A DNA stretch of 63,220 bases, filler included, from Licmophora abbreviata (Eukaryota), in assembly GCA_900291995.1 (NCBI GenBank). It is 17 parts of 17 records of this genome, joined end to end, with 100 filler letters (N's around TTAATTAATTAA, not from the genome) between each part and the next. Parts side by side here need not be neighbours in the genome. Positions count along the whole stretch, not along the records: positions 1 to 3,488 come from OLMU01005497.1; positions 3,589 to 6,156 come from OLMU01005498.1; positions 6,257 to 7,325 come from OLMU01005499.1; positions 7,426 to 8,824 come from OLMU01005501.1; positions 8,925 to 12,325 come from OLMU01005502.1; 12 more parts are not named here. One strand, given 5' to 3'. The notes beneath the pieces were generated by a model. The model ran no database searches. It had not been told where the DNA came from and was given only the letters and a program-made list of their open reading frames with translations. Positions 1 through 11,821 of the stretch are shown here, piece by piece. Position numbers and translations under genes: made by a program. Numbering within the stretch: the first letter of the stretch is position 1; each line of letters opens with the position of its first letter.

Positions 1-369
1 ACCCAAAACTTTCAAATTGGGAAATTCCATGTTTTGATGAAATGAGATGCGCGCGTCGCCAACGCGATCACATCGCGTATCGGCATGCGTTGTTCCCGCT
101 GCCTCGTTATACCTGCGTGATGTGAAAGAATTCAGCCAATCATACGAACACAAGACTACTTCTGATACAGCGAAGGGTAGACGACCGCTCCCTCGTTCAA
201 TATTCCATCCTTCTTTTCGATAGGACGATAGTTATAAAGAAGGGTGAACGGATAGTTTCAAGAAGGGTGAACGGAGACAGCCAGTAGTACCAGGTACCTC
301 CTGCTTCTCTAAGAGCCGACAAAGATCGTTCTGCGAGCAACAACAAGGTGGATCCAGATTTCAAAAGTG

Positions 370-475
370 GTGAGTGTAAGTTGGTATCATTCGACACGAG
401 AGGGCTTCCGTGTCTCATCCTATTTTGTATTGCCCCCCACATCTGACACATTTCGTTCGAATGTCCCCTCCGCAG
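370..475 (+). other. Probable 5'-UTR intron of the TPR gene
   Basis: GTGAGT donor at 370, CTGAC branch-like site near 444, CCCCTCCGCAG acceptor ending at 475, 22 nt before ATG 498. Confidence 0.45.
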
Positions 476-497
476 AAACTACTGACATCCCACCAGC

Positions 498-2822
498 ATG
501 AGTTCTACCGAAGACAATAACGACACTGTCCTGGATGCCAATGTGGCTGTCGTATCGTCCGGCGCCGGCGAGAAACCGAAAAAGAAGAAACCGCGCGATC
601 CCTCCATGCGGCACAGCGCTTTAGCCGTCACCCTCTACGGCGAAGGCGATCTGCTCGGGGCAATGCGTGAATTCCACAGCGCCCTCGACATCCAGCTAAA
701 GGCGCTTGCGGCTGCGGATTCCATTGTGTCGGACCAAGTCCTCCTCAAAGTCGCCACCACCCACTTTAACCTTGGTATGGTGCTGTCGGATCAAGGCGAT
801 TGACTGGGTGCGCGTCGCGAGTATGACAATGCATTGGAGATTCGACAGAAGATGGTACCGAACTCCTTGAAAGAAGCAGAGTGCCATAGTGCCCTCGGGT
901 ATGTCTTGCATCGAGAGGGTAGTCTCGATCAGTCAAGACAGCTATACAAGAAAGCCTTGGAGATTCGAGAGTTGCAGGCTCCCAACACGGTGGCCACTAC
1001 ATGTCATCAGCTTGGACTTGTCCTCCGTGATCAAGGAGCGCTGGAGGAAGCGTTGGCTCAGCTGACGCGAGCACTGAACTTGGAAGAAGCCAAGGCGTCG
1101 GTGTCGGACAATGTTGCCTCCTTGTACAAAGCAAGAGGCTCCGTTCGGAAGAAACAAGACGATTTGGATGGAGCTCTTGAAGACCATAGCGTGGCACTCA
1201 TGGTATGCAAACGAGTATCTACAGACTCGATGGAAGCTGCATCGGTCCACTGCGAGATCGGAGACATCTTGTATGAGCAAGGCAAGCTGAAAGAGGCGCT
1301 TGAGGAATACAGCATTGGACTGCAGATACAGGAGTTCCAAGCGCCCGGATCTGTAGAGGTAGCTTACACGTCCGGGTGTATTGGACAAGTGCTATTGGAG
1401 CAACGAGACTTCGACGAAGCCTTGAGGCAGTTTCGATGTGCGTGTGATATTTATGATCGCAAGTCTACTGGCAGTTCGGATTTGTTGGCTGTGGCAAACT
1501 CACATCATGGCTTCGGACGTGTCTTGCATGTCAAAGGTGAGAAGTTGGACGCGGTTCTGGCTGAATATCGAAAGGCTCTTGCGATTCGAGAAATGCAGGC
1601 ACCCAACTCTCTAGATGAAGCAGAGTCGCACAAGTGTATCGGCGCAGTATTGTACGAGAGGGGGGAGGTAGAAGGAGCTCTTGTCGAATATCAACAGGAA
1701 TTGGAGATTCGCAAAGGGGTTGCAGATTCCGACTCTCTGGAACTGGCAAGGGCGTACCGCGATGTAGGATTCTTGTCACATTGTCAAAGCGAAACTGACT
1801 GTACGCTCGACACGTATCGAAAAGCGTTAGAGATCCGAGAACGCGAAGTGCCCGACTCAATGCTGCTAGCGTCATCGTATAGTGACCTGGGCTCAGCGTT
1901 GTACGCCTGCGGCGACTTGGACGCGTCGCTCGACATGCTCATCTCTGCGCTGGCCCTACAACAAGCTAAAGCACCAGAGTCACTGGCAGTGGCCAAGTCG
2001 CATACTGATATTGGCCTGGTACGAATTGAGCAGCAAGATCGTGTAGCTGCCATTGTCGCATTCACCAAAGCCAGCGCCATTGCGAATCAGTCCCGCTTGG
2101 AACTCCCAGACAAACATGCACTTAAAATTGCCAGTGCATACTACTTGGGCGCTGCCAGTCTGCATAAATGCCTTTACAAAAAGGCCTTGGTTCAGGCTGA
2201 AAAATTGTTGGGCATACTGCCGGAGTACAAATGGGCGCATGTATTGAAGGCCAGATCCTTGGTGGGTCTTGGAGACTACGAGACTGCAATGGCAAGTTTT
2301 GATGAGGCGGCCTCCATGTCCCCCAATTATGGAGATGCATTTTTGGGGAGGGTTGAAGTTGCACTGGCGCTTGCTGAGGCGCCTATCCAGTCGGACGAAG
2401 AACCAAAGAAGAGATTGCGAACTGTGAGAAAGGCGCTCAAAGCGGCCTGGGAAGTAGATCCTGAACGGGACGATTATGTGGACCATTCCATGGAACAGAC
2501 TATTAGGCGCGCATCATGCCGACAGCGCGAGAAAGCTGAGGATGCCTGGTTCGCCCAAAATCTGTATATTCCCGAGGCTGAAAACTCCACAAGAGAAGAT
2601 CTACGGCGGGAATTGTCGGATCTTCAAGCTCGGCTGGAAAGTTATGAAGAAACGAAAGGCAAACATCAAGTTGACTCGGCGAACCAAGGAAATCTCACAA
2701 ACGCCGAGAGTGGAGAGGTCTCTCAGAGGACGAAGTGGACGTCGGGACAAGCTACTGCCACTGTCGACCCGCCTCTGAGCGGGCCGACCCAGAATCTTGT
2801 CATCGTTGAGGTTCCGCTGTGA
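498..2822 (+). CDS. TPR-repeat protein (about 42-aa kinesin-light-chain-like repeats) interrupted by one in-frame TGA at 801-803; readthrough, null allele or error
   Basis: ORFs 498-803 and 834-2822 are in the same frame. Repeats of the type A..H..LG.VL..QG.L..AL..Y.KAL.IR continue across the stop (QGD*LGARREYDNALEIRQKM). Confidence 0.8.
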
Positions 2823-3119
2823 GCTGTAACAATGCAATTAAGAGGTTTTTGTTGAAAAGTATCTGTTACTGCGAAGTACTCCGTATGATACAAGGTTTCG
2901 TACTACCGTAGCTAACGAGTAGAAGGGATGTCGCACCATCGACAATGGAGCTCGTCCAAGCCACGATTCAAGCGCTTCTGAGCTTCAGCGGTAGCAGCAA
3001 TGGGGGAAATGCATAACCAAAGATTGGCATGACAATCAAAACAAGACAATGAATGTTCCGGAGACTATGATACGCCCACGCCTTTCTCTTTCAATATCAC
3101 GACTCCCGGATGCGATACT

Positions 3120-3129
3120 ATGACGTCAT
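3120..3129. promoter_or_regulatory. Palindromic CRE/bZIP-type site ATGACGTCAT
   Basis: Perfect 10-nt palindrome about 190 nt upstream of ATG 3312, followed by a second ATGACG. Confidence 0.3.
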
Positions 3130-3311
3130 ATGACGGGATTAGACTTTCAATGAGAGCATCGCGTCGATGCCGCGATGCCATCGTGCCATCATCACTCACC
3201 ACACACAGCAAAAGCCTGTAGACGAAAGACCGCAGGCTCCGTGGTATTAAGTCTTGCGATTACTGTCATCTATGGGAATCGTGATCTCTCTATGCACTGA
3301 CTTTCAGAAAC

Positions 3312-3981
3312 ATGAACTCAGTAAACCCGAACCGCTTGCTCTCGATAGTGAATCGGATCAACACCCAAGTCCCTAAGTTCTTCCGACCGAACTTGTTGTC
3401 ACTTGCCTTCAATTCGCAGATCAAATACGCTGGAACTACCGGTATTGCTATTGAATCATGGACTCCGGAGGAAGCAGTAGTAACTCTCNNNNNNNNNNNN
3501 NNNNNNNNNNNNNNNNNNNNNNNNNNNNNNNNTTAATTAATTAANNNNNNNNNNNNNNNNNNNNNNNNNNNNNNNNNNNNNNNNNNNNAAATACGCTGGA
3601 ACTACCGGTATTGCTATTGAATCATGGACTCCGGAGGAAGCAGTAGTAACTCTCAAGAATCGGTTCCGAGTACAGAATCACTTGAAGGGCATTCATGCCA
3701 CAGCCATGGCGACGCTGGCAGAGTCCGCCACTGGCATGGTCTTTGGCGTGCACGTGCCTGATTCTCACCTTCCAGTGCTCAAGTCAATGAAAGTGTCATA
3801 CAAGGCGCGTGCCAAGGGCGATCTACGGGCCGTCGCAAGAATTTCTGACGAACAAGTTCAAGAGATCCAAACGCAAGACCGAGGCTCGACGATTGTACAA
3901 GTGAAGGTATCAGATGAAGAGAACAAGGAACCGATCGATGTAGAAATGGAATGGGCATGGACAACGAAAAAGAAGAGGTAG
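3312..3981 (+). CDS. Hotdog-fold thioesterase-like protein (DUF4442/PaaI-like), split by a spacer
   Basis: RVQNHLKGIHATAMATLAESATG and LKSMKVSYKARAKGDL motifs; 3423-3488 is repeated at 3589-3654, so the two pieces join into one ORF. Confidence 0.8.
3489..3588. other. Artificial contig spacer (44 N + TTAATTAATTAA + 44 N). The same spacer is at 6157, 7326, 8825, 12326, 16496, 18841, 20327, 30111, 31250, 34283, 37841, 46705, 54511, 57721 and 60360
   Basis: Identical 100-nt linker carrying stops in all six frames, 16 copies. Confidence 0.99.
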
Positions 3982-4573
3982 AGTAGCCCTGATCAAGCGG
4001 TCCGAACATGTACCTGTTCAAGGGCAGAGCTACGATCCGTAGATGCAGCAGCAGAGTTCCTGCAAGCGGTATGCCCTGGGCTGCAACTATCAGACGAGCA
4101 AAGCCTAAGGCCAGATGTGTGTTTTATATTTTCGCAAAAAGTGCCGTAGCTTATTATATCGTAACTGTGTAACAATCGTAGAGGTAGAGCGAGTGGAAGT
4201 TCAAAGTATGATAGTCGGCTTGTTTCGAAAGACTCTACGTGATTTAAGAACTGAATTTCAACGAGGACAGGATCTTTCTTTGGATAACATAAATTACAGC
4301 TATTAATACTATTCATATTCGCAAAAAATTGCGCGCGCCCCAAACTTGGTTTGTCAAACAAACTTGCTCGGCTTCCGACGTTCCGAACACATTGTCCACA
4401 CCATGTTGATGGTCTCGCTCTTGTGTTTCACACATGATGTGCACCAGTCGCTTCTTTTCACATTACGGACATCAGTAGAATCTGTCGTAGAATGATTGAG
4501 CGTAGTAGTACGTTCGGTCACTTTTTTCAATCGAGCACCCTCCCAAATTGAACTCCAAGTCGTGCTTTTTACC

Positions 4574-6152
4574 ATGAACATGTTCCGTTCCTCCTCCTCG
4601 TCTCGCAGCGCCGCTGCCTCCATCCCTTCTGATGTCTCCACCCTTCTCAACGAAGGCGATGGCAAGAAAGACGCAGAACAGAAAAAGGTCTCTCCCAACG
4701 TCAAGGAGAACGATGGCGATGGGGTTTTGGTGGTGCAGTCCGGCGAACTTACCTACGCCAACGTGCCTGCTGTCAACCATCACGAGACGCCTTCGGTGCT
4801 TCGCGACTTGAACCTGGCGGAGCAGCCCACTAGCATGTCTGCTCTCACGATTCCCGAAGAGACCATGGTGGGAGACCTGTCCATGCACGCCTCTGCACTC
4901 ACGCCGTCTCTTCTCGACGAAGCGGCCGCTCAGAACCTCTCCAGCGAAGAAGAACAAGATGACGAGGACTACAAGAACAAGACCAATGAAGAGATTATCG
5001 ATGAAATGCTGGCTCTTACACCCAGTCAAATGTATCCTCCTCTCACGCAGCATCCTTTCCGTCCGTTCGTGGCTCCTCTTCCCAAGAAGATGTTGCAAGA
5101 CAAGAAGGACCCAGAGCATGCGCTGGATACGTTTGTCAGTATCGGCAGTAGCCTCGCCGCTTCCAGCGAAGGAGAACCGCCCCGGCAAGACGAGTCGGAA
5201 GAAGCGAACGACCAAGACACTGCCAACAAGATCTCCAAGCGGCAAGAGAATAAGAAAACGTCCTCGTGGCTTGCGAAACTTTGCGAAAACCGGTCAGACG
5301 TGCTCTTCTACGCCCTCTTCTTCGGCATGGTGTTCTACGTGATCCCACACTATGCTCGTCCTCATGGGACCTATTCTCAGCTTTTTCTTTCGTATCCATG
5401 ATTCGTTTGCGACTGTATTTGACTGGTCCAATGAAGAACAAGACGAATTGCTTGCTGTGGAAGAGCTTGCTTCCGACACTACTACGACGCCGACGTTCCT
5501 CTCCTTGGACAGTCTATTGAGCTTTTCCATAGGCGGCGACACGGCGTCGCTTGTTAGCGTGGAGGACAATGTGCCGATGATTTTCCTGACGGACAACATG
5601 ATTGCACTTGGACAAGTCTTTGTCGCAATCTTATTCATCATGGTGAGTCTTTCGGGATGGGTCCTCTTCAAATCTACAAAGCCAGACGCTGAAGTCGTTC
5701 CTTGCAAGCGCAAAAAACACATTCGTGACTACTCCACATGGTCTGTTTCTGAGCTGCGCAAGGAGATACGTTCTCGCAATGCCAGCACATCGCCCAAACT
5801 GCCTTCGTCTGGCATCAAGGCAGATTTCGTTCGTCACTTGATGGATGACGATGCGGGACGCGACAGCTCGCTCGTGTACTTGGAAGACTCTGCCGACAAC
5901 AAGCCATTGGATCTGGTGGCCTACAATCGACTCTCTCGGGTGGAACTCAAGAAGCTCTTGTTGGATCGCAAGTGTCCCGTGACTGGTGAAAAGGGGGATC
6001 TGATTCGTCGATTGGTCAAGCACCAAGAGGCTGTCTATCTGGAGAAATCGCGTGACCAGTTGCGTCGCAAGGTCACGCGACGAGGTGGGGAGCAAAGTCA
6101 TTTCAAGGAGGGGCTTATTCGTGTACTCATCGAAATGGGTCCAGATCAGTAA
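4574..6152 (+). CDS. Putative membrane protein with acidic N-terminus, hydrophobic segments and three C-terminal SAP-like domains; apparent +1 frameshift near 5343-5351
   Basis: SAP-like units YSTWSVSELRKEIRSR..G.KADFVRHL, YNRLSRVELKKLLLDRKCPVTGEKGDLIRRL and SRDQLRRKVTRRG..KEGLIRVL; ORFs 4496-5401 and 5352-6152 overlap inside one hydrophobic stretch. Confidence 0.6.
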
Positions 6153-6583
6153 ACGGNNNNNNNNNNNNNNNNNNNNNNNNNNNNNNNNNNNNNNNNNNNN
6201 TTAATTAATTAANNNNNNNNNNNNNNNNNNNNNNNNNNNNNNNNNNNNNNNNNNNNCACAAGGATATTGTTTCACTCTCTCTGACAATGTGGGATTGTGG
6301 AGCAAGGACGACTTGACGTTCAAAAAAGATACCGTCCACGACGTGTGGCTTGTATGACACTACGGGTAGACAAATGAACTCTTTCGTTGTTTCATAATAT
6401 ACAATCTGACTTATACTCTCTCACGTAAGTTCATAGTTTCTAGGAGGTGCAATGATTGGCAGTCGGCTGGAGTACTAGCTCTAGTCTTTATACATTTAAC
6501 GCGAGGCAGTCTCGAGATTACCCAACGAGTAGACATTCGCGAGAGGAAGAATGCATCCAGACAATCAAGACGAGTGGGTCCAT

Positions 6584-7325
6584 TCAGTCGTCGTACTTCA
6601 CGCGGTTGAGGGGCAGATTGAATTTCGAGTAGTCACCCGAGTACAAGGTTTCGACAAGTCTTTCCAGCTCCGGGGTGAAATACTGAGTGCGGTTGTTTCC
6701 AGCATTGGTCCTACTAAATTTGAAGGCGCTGTTGGAGTGCATGAAGGGTTCGTTACCGGACTCGCCCCAGCCTGTTGCACCGTATTCCTCCCATGCCCCG
6801 ATACGCTGCAACAGGCGTTTCGCATCCTCTTCGGCATTCTCAAGATGGCCCACAAAATCCAACTTGGTGTAGATCTTGTCATCTATACGCCGACTCCACG
6901 GAGTCCAGTGTTGATCATGGCAGCAATTCTTTTCACACTTGTCAATGGCATCTATGAACCCGGAAAACGAGTGAAGTCGCTCGATACAATCAGCATCATC
7001 TGAAGAGCAACAAGTGTTCTTGGAGAAAATTTTAGGGAGGTAGTCCTTCTGGTTGATCACCTTGTTCAAGAATGCTGAGAGCACTCGGTCCTTTGGATCT
7101 CGTACAAAGATGGCTCTGGTATACTCCGGAGAGTTCATAAACTCGGTCGCCCTCGTGATTTCGTATTGATACAGATACCGGAGTCCATTCTTTTCTGGGT
7201 CGTGCAGCCCGGCCCGGCGATCATCGTAGCCCATCATTCGTCGAAACATCAGCTTCCAGCTGGTACATGCCACCTTGGGAACGGGAAAAAAGATGAGTTT
7301 GTATTTTTCGATTACGATAGGGGCG
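6584..7325 (-). CDS. Carbohydrate sulfotransferase (Sulfotransfer_2 family), 5' end lost at spacer
   Basis: 5'-PSB motif FFPVPKVACTSWK, 3'-PB motif FVRDPKDRVLSAF, DQHWTP and DFVGHLEN. Confidence 0.9.
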
Positions 7326-7488
7326 NNNNNNNNNNNNNNNNNNNNNNNNNNNNNNNNNNNNNNNNNNNNTTAATTAATTAANNNNNNNNNNNNNNNNNNN
7401 NNNNNNNNNNNNNNNNNNNNNNNNNTGAATGCGTCTATTTTACAGTGCAAAGTTGTGACACTTGCGTAGGACAAGTAGTGCGTGTTGT

Positions 7489-10064
7489 CTATCTCGTGGC
7501 GTTCTCGGCCGTCGCCTTTTGGACGTCGGATCGCCCATCGCGCCGTCGGTTCCGTCGGTTAACATGATGATAAAGATAGATCAAGCTCTGAGGCGTCATG
7601 CCACTGATCTGTGACGCCTCTGCAAACGTGGTCGGCCGCACCTGGTTCAGCTTCTCAATCTCTTCCTTGCTTAGTGTCGGAAGGACGCTGTGGTCGTAAA
7701 GAACGTCGGGGGGTATACGCAAGCCCTGTGCGCGCCTCCAGCTTTCCATGTCCCTATGCTGTCGCTTGACGTAAGACTGGTACTTTACCGACGCCTCGAC
7801 AGTATCGTAGACGGACGCTGGCGACGGACCGTCAATCATTTTCATTTCCGGATTTTTTGTATTCTGCTCTTCTCCACTCACACGCTGCTCCTCTTGGACC
7901 GCCATCATGATATCCTCAACATTCTTGAGAGTCACATGCGGCATACCCAGAACATCTTCCGCCGTTTTCTTGTGTCCGGCTTTGCGTTGCGTCTGTGCCC
8001 CACCCATGAGATCATTCCCTCCACGGTCGGCCCAGTCTGTCACCTTGAGATCAAAATGCCGAAGTTTCTCAATGCGATCTTCTATCATATACTCTCGTGC
8101 TTCCAGTGCTCCCATGCGTTCTTCGTCTGTAACGAGACCATGCTCGAATCCCTTGCGAGTCAGTCTCATGTCAGCATTGTCCGCCCGCAGCGAGATGCGA
8201 TACTCGGCGCGGGATGTAAACATCCGATATGGTTCCAAAGTGCCGCGTGTTACCAAATCATCAATCAGTACACCAATGTATCCCTCATCTCGTCCGACAA
8301 CAAAGGGCGATGGTGCATCCTCTCCTCGACTTGCGGATCCCGCAGCTCGTCCTGCATTGGCGCCAGCGACAATGCCCTGGGCCGCTGCTTCCTCGTATCC
8401 GGTAGTTCCACAAATCTGTCCTGCCAAGTACAGGCCACCAATGGTTTTGGTTTCCAGCGTGTGAGTAAGTGACTGCGGATTGACAAAATCGTACTCGACG
8501 TCATATCCTGGACGAACAATCTCGACCTCTTCAAGTCCTTTCATGCTACGCATAATTTTGAGCTGAATCTCTTCAGGGTCTGAGCACGAAATAACAAGGA
8601 TGGCACAGAGTCAGACGGGGTCGATTGGCCTCTCCTCGTTGCACTCAACACAACTACTTACAAGGCCCACTCATGCCATTCGGATAAACAATGTCAGTAT
8701 TGAGACCTTCTGGTTCCAAAAAACAATTGTGACTCTGTCGTTCCGGGAAGCGTTGTACCTTTTTAAAAATCGACGGACAGTACCTAGGTCCATTTCCCTG
8801 TCCCTCCATACCATCGTAGATTGGNNNNNNNNNNNNNNNNNNNNNNNNNNNNNNNNNNNNNNNNNNNNTTAATTAATTAANNNNNNNNNNNNNNNNNNNN
8901 NNNNNNNNNNNNNNNNNNNNNNNNTGGAAGCAAGTGCTGGTACTTCATGACGAGCTTGTGCGTTTCATCATTCGTGGCCGACTGAAAGCATGTAATGAGT
9001 TCGTTCCGTTGAATACGCGGGGGCTGTTCTTGTCGAAACTGCAAGACATGCGAAAAGGGCGTGGCTGGATTCTCCGATGGTTGTGCCTTGCAAACATCCC
9101 AATCAATCGTCTTGCCATCCAACCGTGGAGGTGTTCCCGTCTTGAGTCGACCCAGGGGAAAGTCGAACCGCTCCAGCGTCTTGGCGAGCCCGACGGAAGG
9201 AGGTTCCACCTGTTCGGAGTCTCGCAAGTGTCTCCCCCCACTGTACCGATCATGTCCCATCATGAGGATGCCACGTAGAAATGTCCCCGTCGTGATGACG
9301 ACGGCACGGGAGTAGAGCTCTTGTTTGGATCCAGTGTCTGTATTCACAACACTGACTCCTTGTATACGAGCCCGGTGATGAGTCTGAAAATTGGCATCGG
9401 TTTGTTCTGATCCCAGCAATCCTCCACTGCTCAAGGGCGCTCTCGATTCTACAGAGCTACTTCTACTAGCTCCTGCACTCTCATCGAGCAGCAAATCTTC
9501 CACACTGGCTTGTACCAAGGAGAGGTTCGGATAGGATTGAAGGACAGTCTGCATACTGTGCTTGTAGAGATCTCGATCCATCTGCGCCCTCGGTCCTCGT
9601 ACTGCCGGTCCCTTGCGTCGATTGAGCATCCGAAAGTGAATTCCCGCTTCATCGGCAATCGTTCCCATGAGTCCGTTGAGAGCATCAATTTCCCGTACGA
9701 GATGACCCTTGCCGATCCCTCCCATGCTGGGATTGCACGAGAGTTCGCCAATGGTATCGAGGCGTTGCGTGACGAGGGCGGTGCGAGCGCCGGTCCGGGC
9801 CGCAGCGGCGGCGGCTTCGCAGCCGGCGTGGCCTCCTCCGACTACAATGACGTCGAAAGAGGACGACGATGGATCAGTAGAGGAGGAGGAGGACTGAAAC
9901 AGTCGCTGCGTTCTCCGAGCTGGGCGGTTTATCAGAGAAGAGGGTAATGGTCTCGTTGTACTGCTTGAAAAGGCTCTTGCTGTGCGCGCCGTCATCATCA
10001 GACCACTGCAAGTCGCCATGGTGAACCAAAAAAGTAGCGAGGAAGCGTGCGTTTGGTAGTTCAT
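7489..10064 (-). CDS. mnmG: tRNA U34 5-carboxymethylaminomethyl modification enzyme MnmG/GidA (MTO1 family), organellar; intron 8580-8661; spans spacer 8825-8924
   Basis: [88 protein letters not shown]...CTCAG intron restores GP|YPEE. Start Met could also be 10019. Confidence 0.95.
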
Positions 10065-10398
10065 GAGGTACGATGCGTCAAGAGAGCAAGGAAAACATGC
10101 ATGAAGGACCCCTCTTTTTCTCCCCTCGTCAGGAGCACACAAACGGCAGCGAGAAGTATGTGATGGCACCGCAAGAAAATCAGTGGATTACGTGTGACGA
10201 GTCTGTCTGTCTGTCACTTGTGTGACTCATAGATGATGTCATAAACATGACTCAAACTTCAAACTGAGGATGAAACCATCACCCATTCTCCGAGTGAGAT
10301 CGGCTACTATACTGATCTATAATACTGATGCTGTTGGTCCTTACATGACTGCCTCAGACCACTGGAAAGACTCGTTCTGAAGCACTAGAGCCCTCGAT

Positions 10399-11550
10399 AT
10401 GTCCAAAGTACCAGATCATCTCCACATTGAAATTCGGGACGACGCCGACGCCATCACGACAATGGATACCATCAGCGAAGCCACACCACTGCTGAGTGAC
10501 GGCGATGCCAGCAGTGTCCGGACCATCCAGGCACTTCCAGGCATGCAGATTCGAACTCATTTCATCGACAACAAGAGCAAAGTGCGCGACTGTCTGTCTT
10601 CCAAGGAGGCTTTGACTCACGCAAAGAGGGGAAAGGGACACTACTGGATCGATATTGACGCCGATGATCGTGAGCATTGCTATGAATTGCGGGACTGGCT
10701 GGATCAGTTGCGGCTGCCTGCCTTTTTATTATCGCAACTGGCGGAACCCTCCAAAACGTGGTTTTCCGAAGTACTGGCGCTTTCTGGACATGTGCTCTTG
10801 GTTGTTCGAATACTACCAGAACTACAACAGTCGCATGAAGTAACGCACATGGCTGCTCTCATGGTTGGCAAGAATCTGTTGCTGACCTTTACGTCCTGTC
10901 CTGTCAAAGAGACTGGAGGACTCTACGATGCCGCCTTAAAGTACATGCATGAGCGGGAGAGACTGCCGGATGCATCGGCCAGCGGTGCCCTGTTGGCATG
11001 GCTACGATTTCATCTCGAACGAACATCGCGGTCGACTCGAGAACTGGGGTCGCATGTGCTGGCAATGGACGAGTCGATGGATCGAGACATTAACTCTGTC
11101 AAGCTGGAAGACATTATTGAGGTCAAGGACCAACTGATGAGATTGCTTTCTGTGGCGGAGGAGCAGCACGAGTGCCTCGAATCCTTGTCGGGTGTGGAGG
11201 CCGATTCCGAAAGTCTGGATTTCAAACGACTGCGTGGAGCTTTGAGCGTCCTCTTGTCCAAGACGGGTGCGACGGAGCGTGCGTCGCTTCGTCTGGAAAA
11301 GCACATTGCTGAGTTACGAAGTCGACACGAGAATCATCAGCAAGAGAGAATAAACAGAAGGCTTGCTGTTCTGACAGTGTTGTCTGCCATCTTTTTGCCT
11401 CTTACTCTTATTACTGGGATTTGGGGAATGAATTTTGCGTACATGCCGGAGCTCGGAGCGAGGGATGCTTATCCAGTTGCACTGATGTTTATGTTCTGCT
11501 TGGCCTTTTCCATGTTTTGCTTCTTTTGGAGGACAGGATGGTTTGCTTGA
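10399..11550 (+). CDS. CorA/ZntB-family divalent cation transporter
   Basis: LTVLSAIFLPLTLITGIWGMNF..MPEL signature (GMN motif) and two C-terminal TM helices. Confidence 0.92.
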   Translation: MSKVPDHLHIEIRDDADAITTMDTISEATPLLSDGDASSVRTIQALPGMQIRTHFIDNKSKVRDCLSSKEALTHAKRGKGHYWIDIDADDREHCYELRDWLDQLRLPAFLLSQLAEPSKTWFSEVLALSGHVLLVVRILPELQQSHEVTHMAALMVGKNLLLTFTSCPVKETGGLYDAALKYMHERERLPDASASGALLAWLRFHLERTSRSTRELGSHVLAMDESMDRDINSVKLEDIIEVKDQLMRLLSVAEEQHECLESLSGVEADSESLDFKRLRGALSVLLSKTGATERASLRLEKHIAELRSRHENHQQERINRRLAVLTVLSAIFLPLTLITGIWGMNFAYMPELGARDAYPVALMFMFCLAFSMFCFFWRTGWFA

Positions 11551-11821
11551 GATTCAGTTTACTCCTAGCGCAGTCTTCCCAACCTCTCCTCGAGTTGTAA
11601 CATACGAGTAGTGTCTTAGTCTTTCGTAAAGCCCGAATCTCAACCCTTTCTCGTCAAACAACGCGCGCGCCGGCGCGAAGATCAGAAAGATCGTGGGCTA
11701 AACAATCATTGCGATCACCGTGCCACTCTCTTGGATGTCGTCGGCGTTCGAACGAGAGAGAGAGTGTGTGTGTGAGTATCATAAGCAGTGTACCAGGTAT
11801 CATTTTCAACATTCTTCCATC

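Noticed and set aside
801..3200. Selenocysteine interpretation of the TPR TGA
   Set aside because: The position aligns with Leu, not Cys, has no redox motif, and no convincing SECIS is visible downstream
3533..3544. TTAATTAATTAA recurring 16 times as a possible repeat array or CRISPR-like element
   Set aside because: Always centred in an identical N block; it is an artificial six-frame-stop linker
4472..5245. Long antisense ORFs (also 7690-8472, 23655-24371, 45375-46364, 59426-60070)
   Set aside because: Shadows of real genes on the opposite strand, with no recognisable motifs
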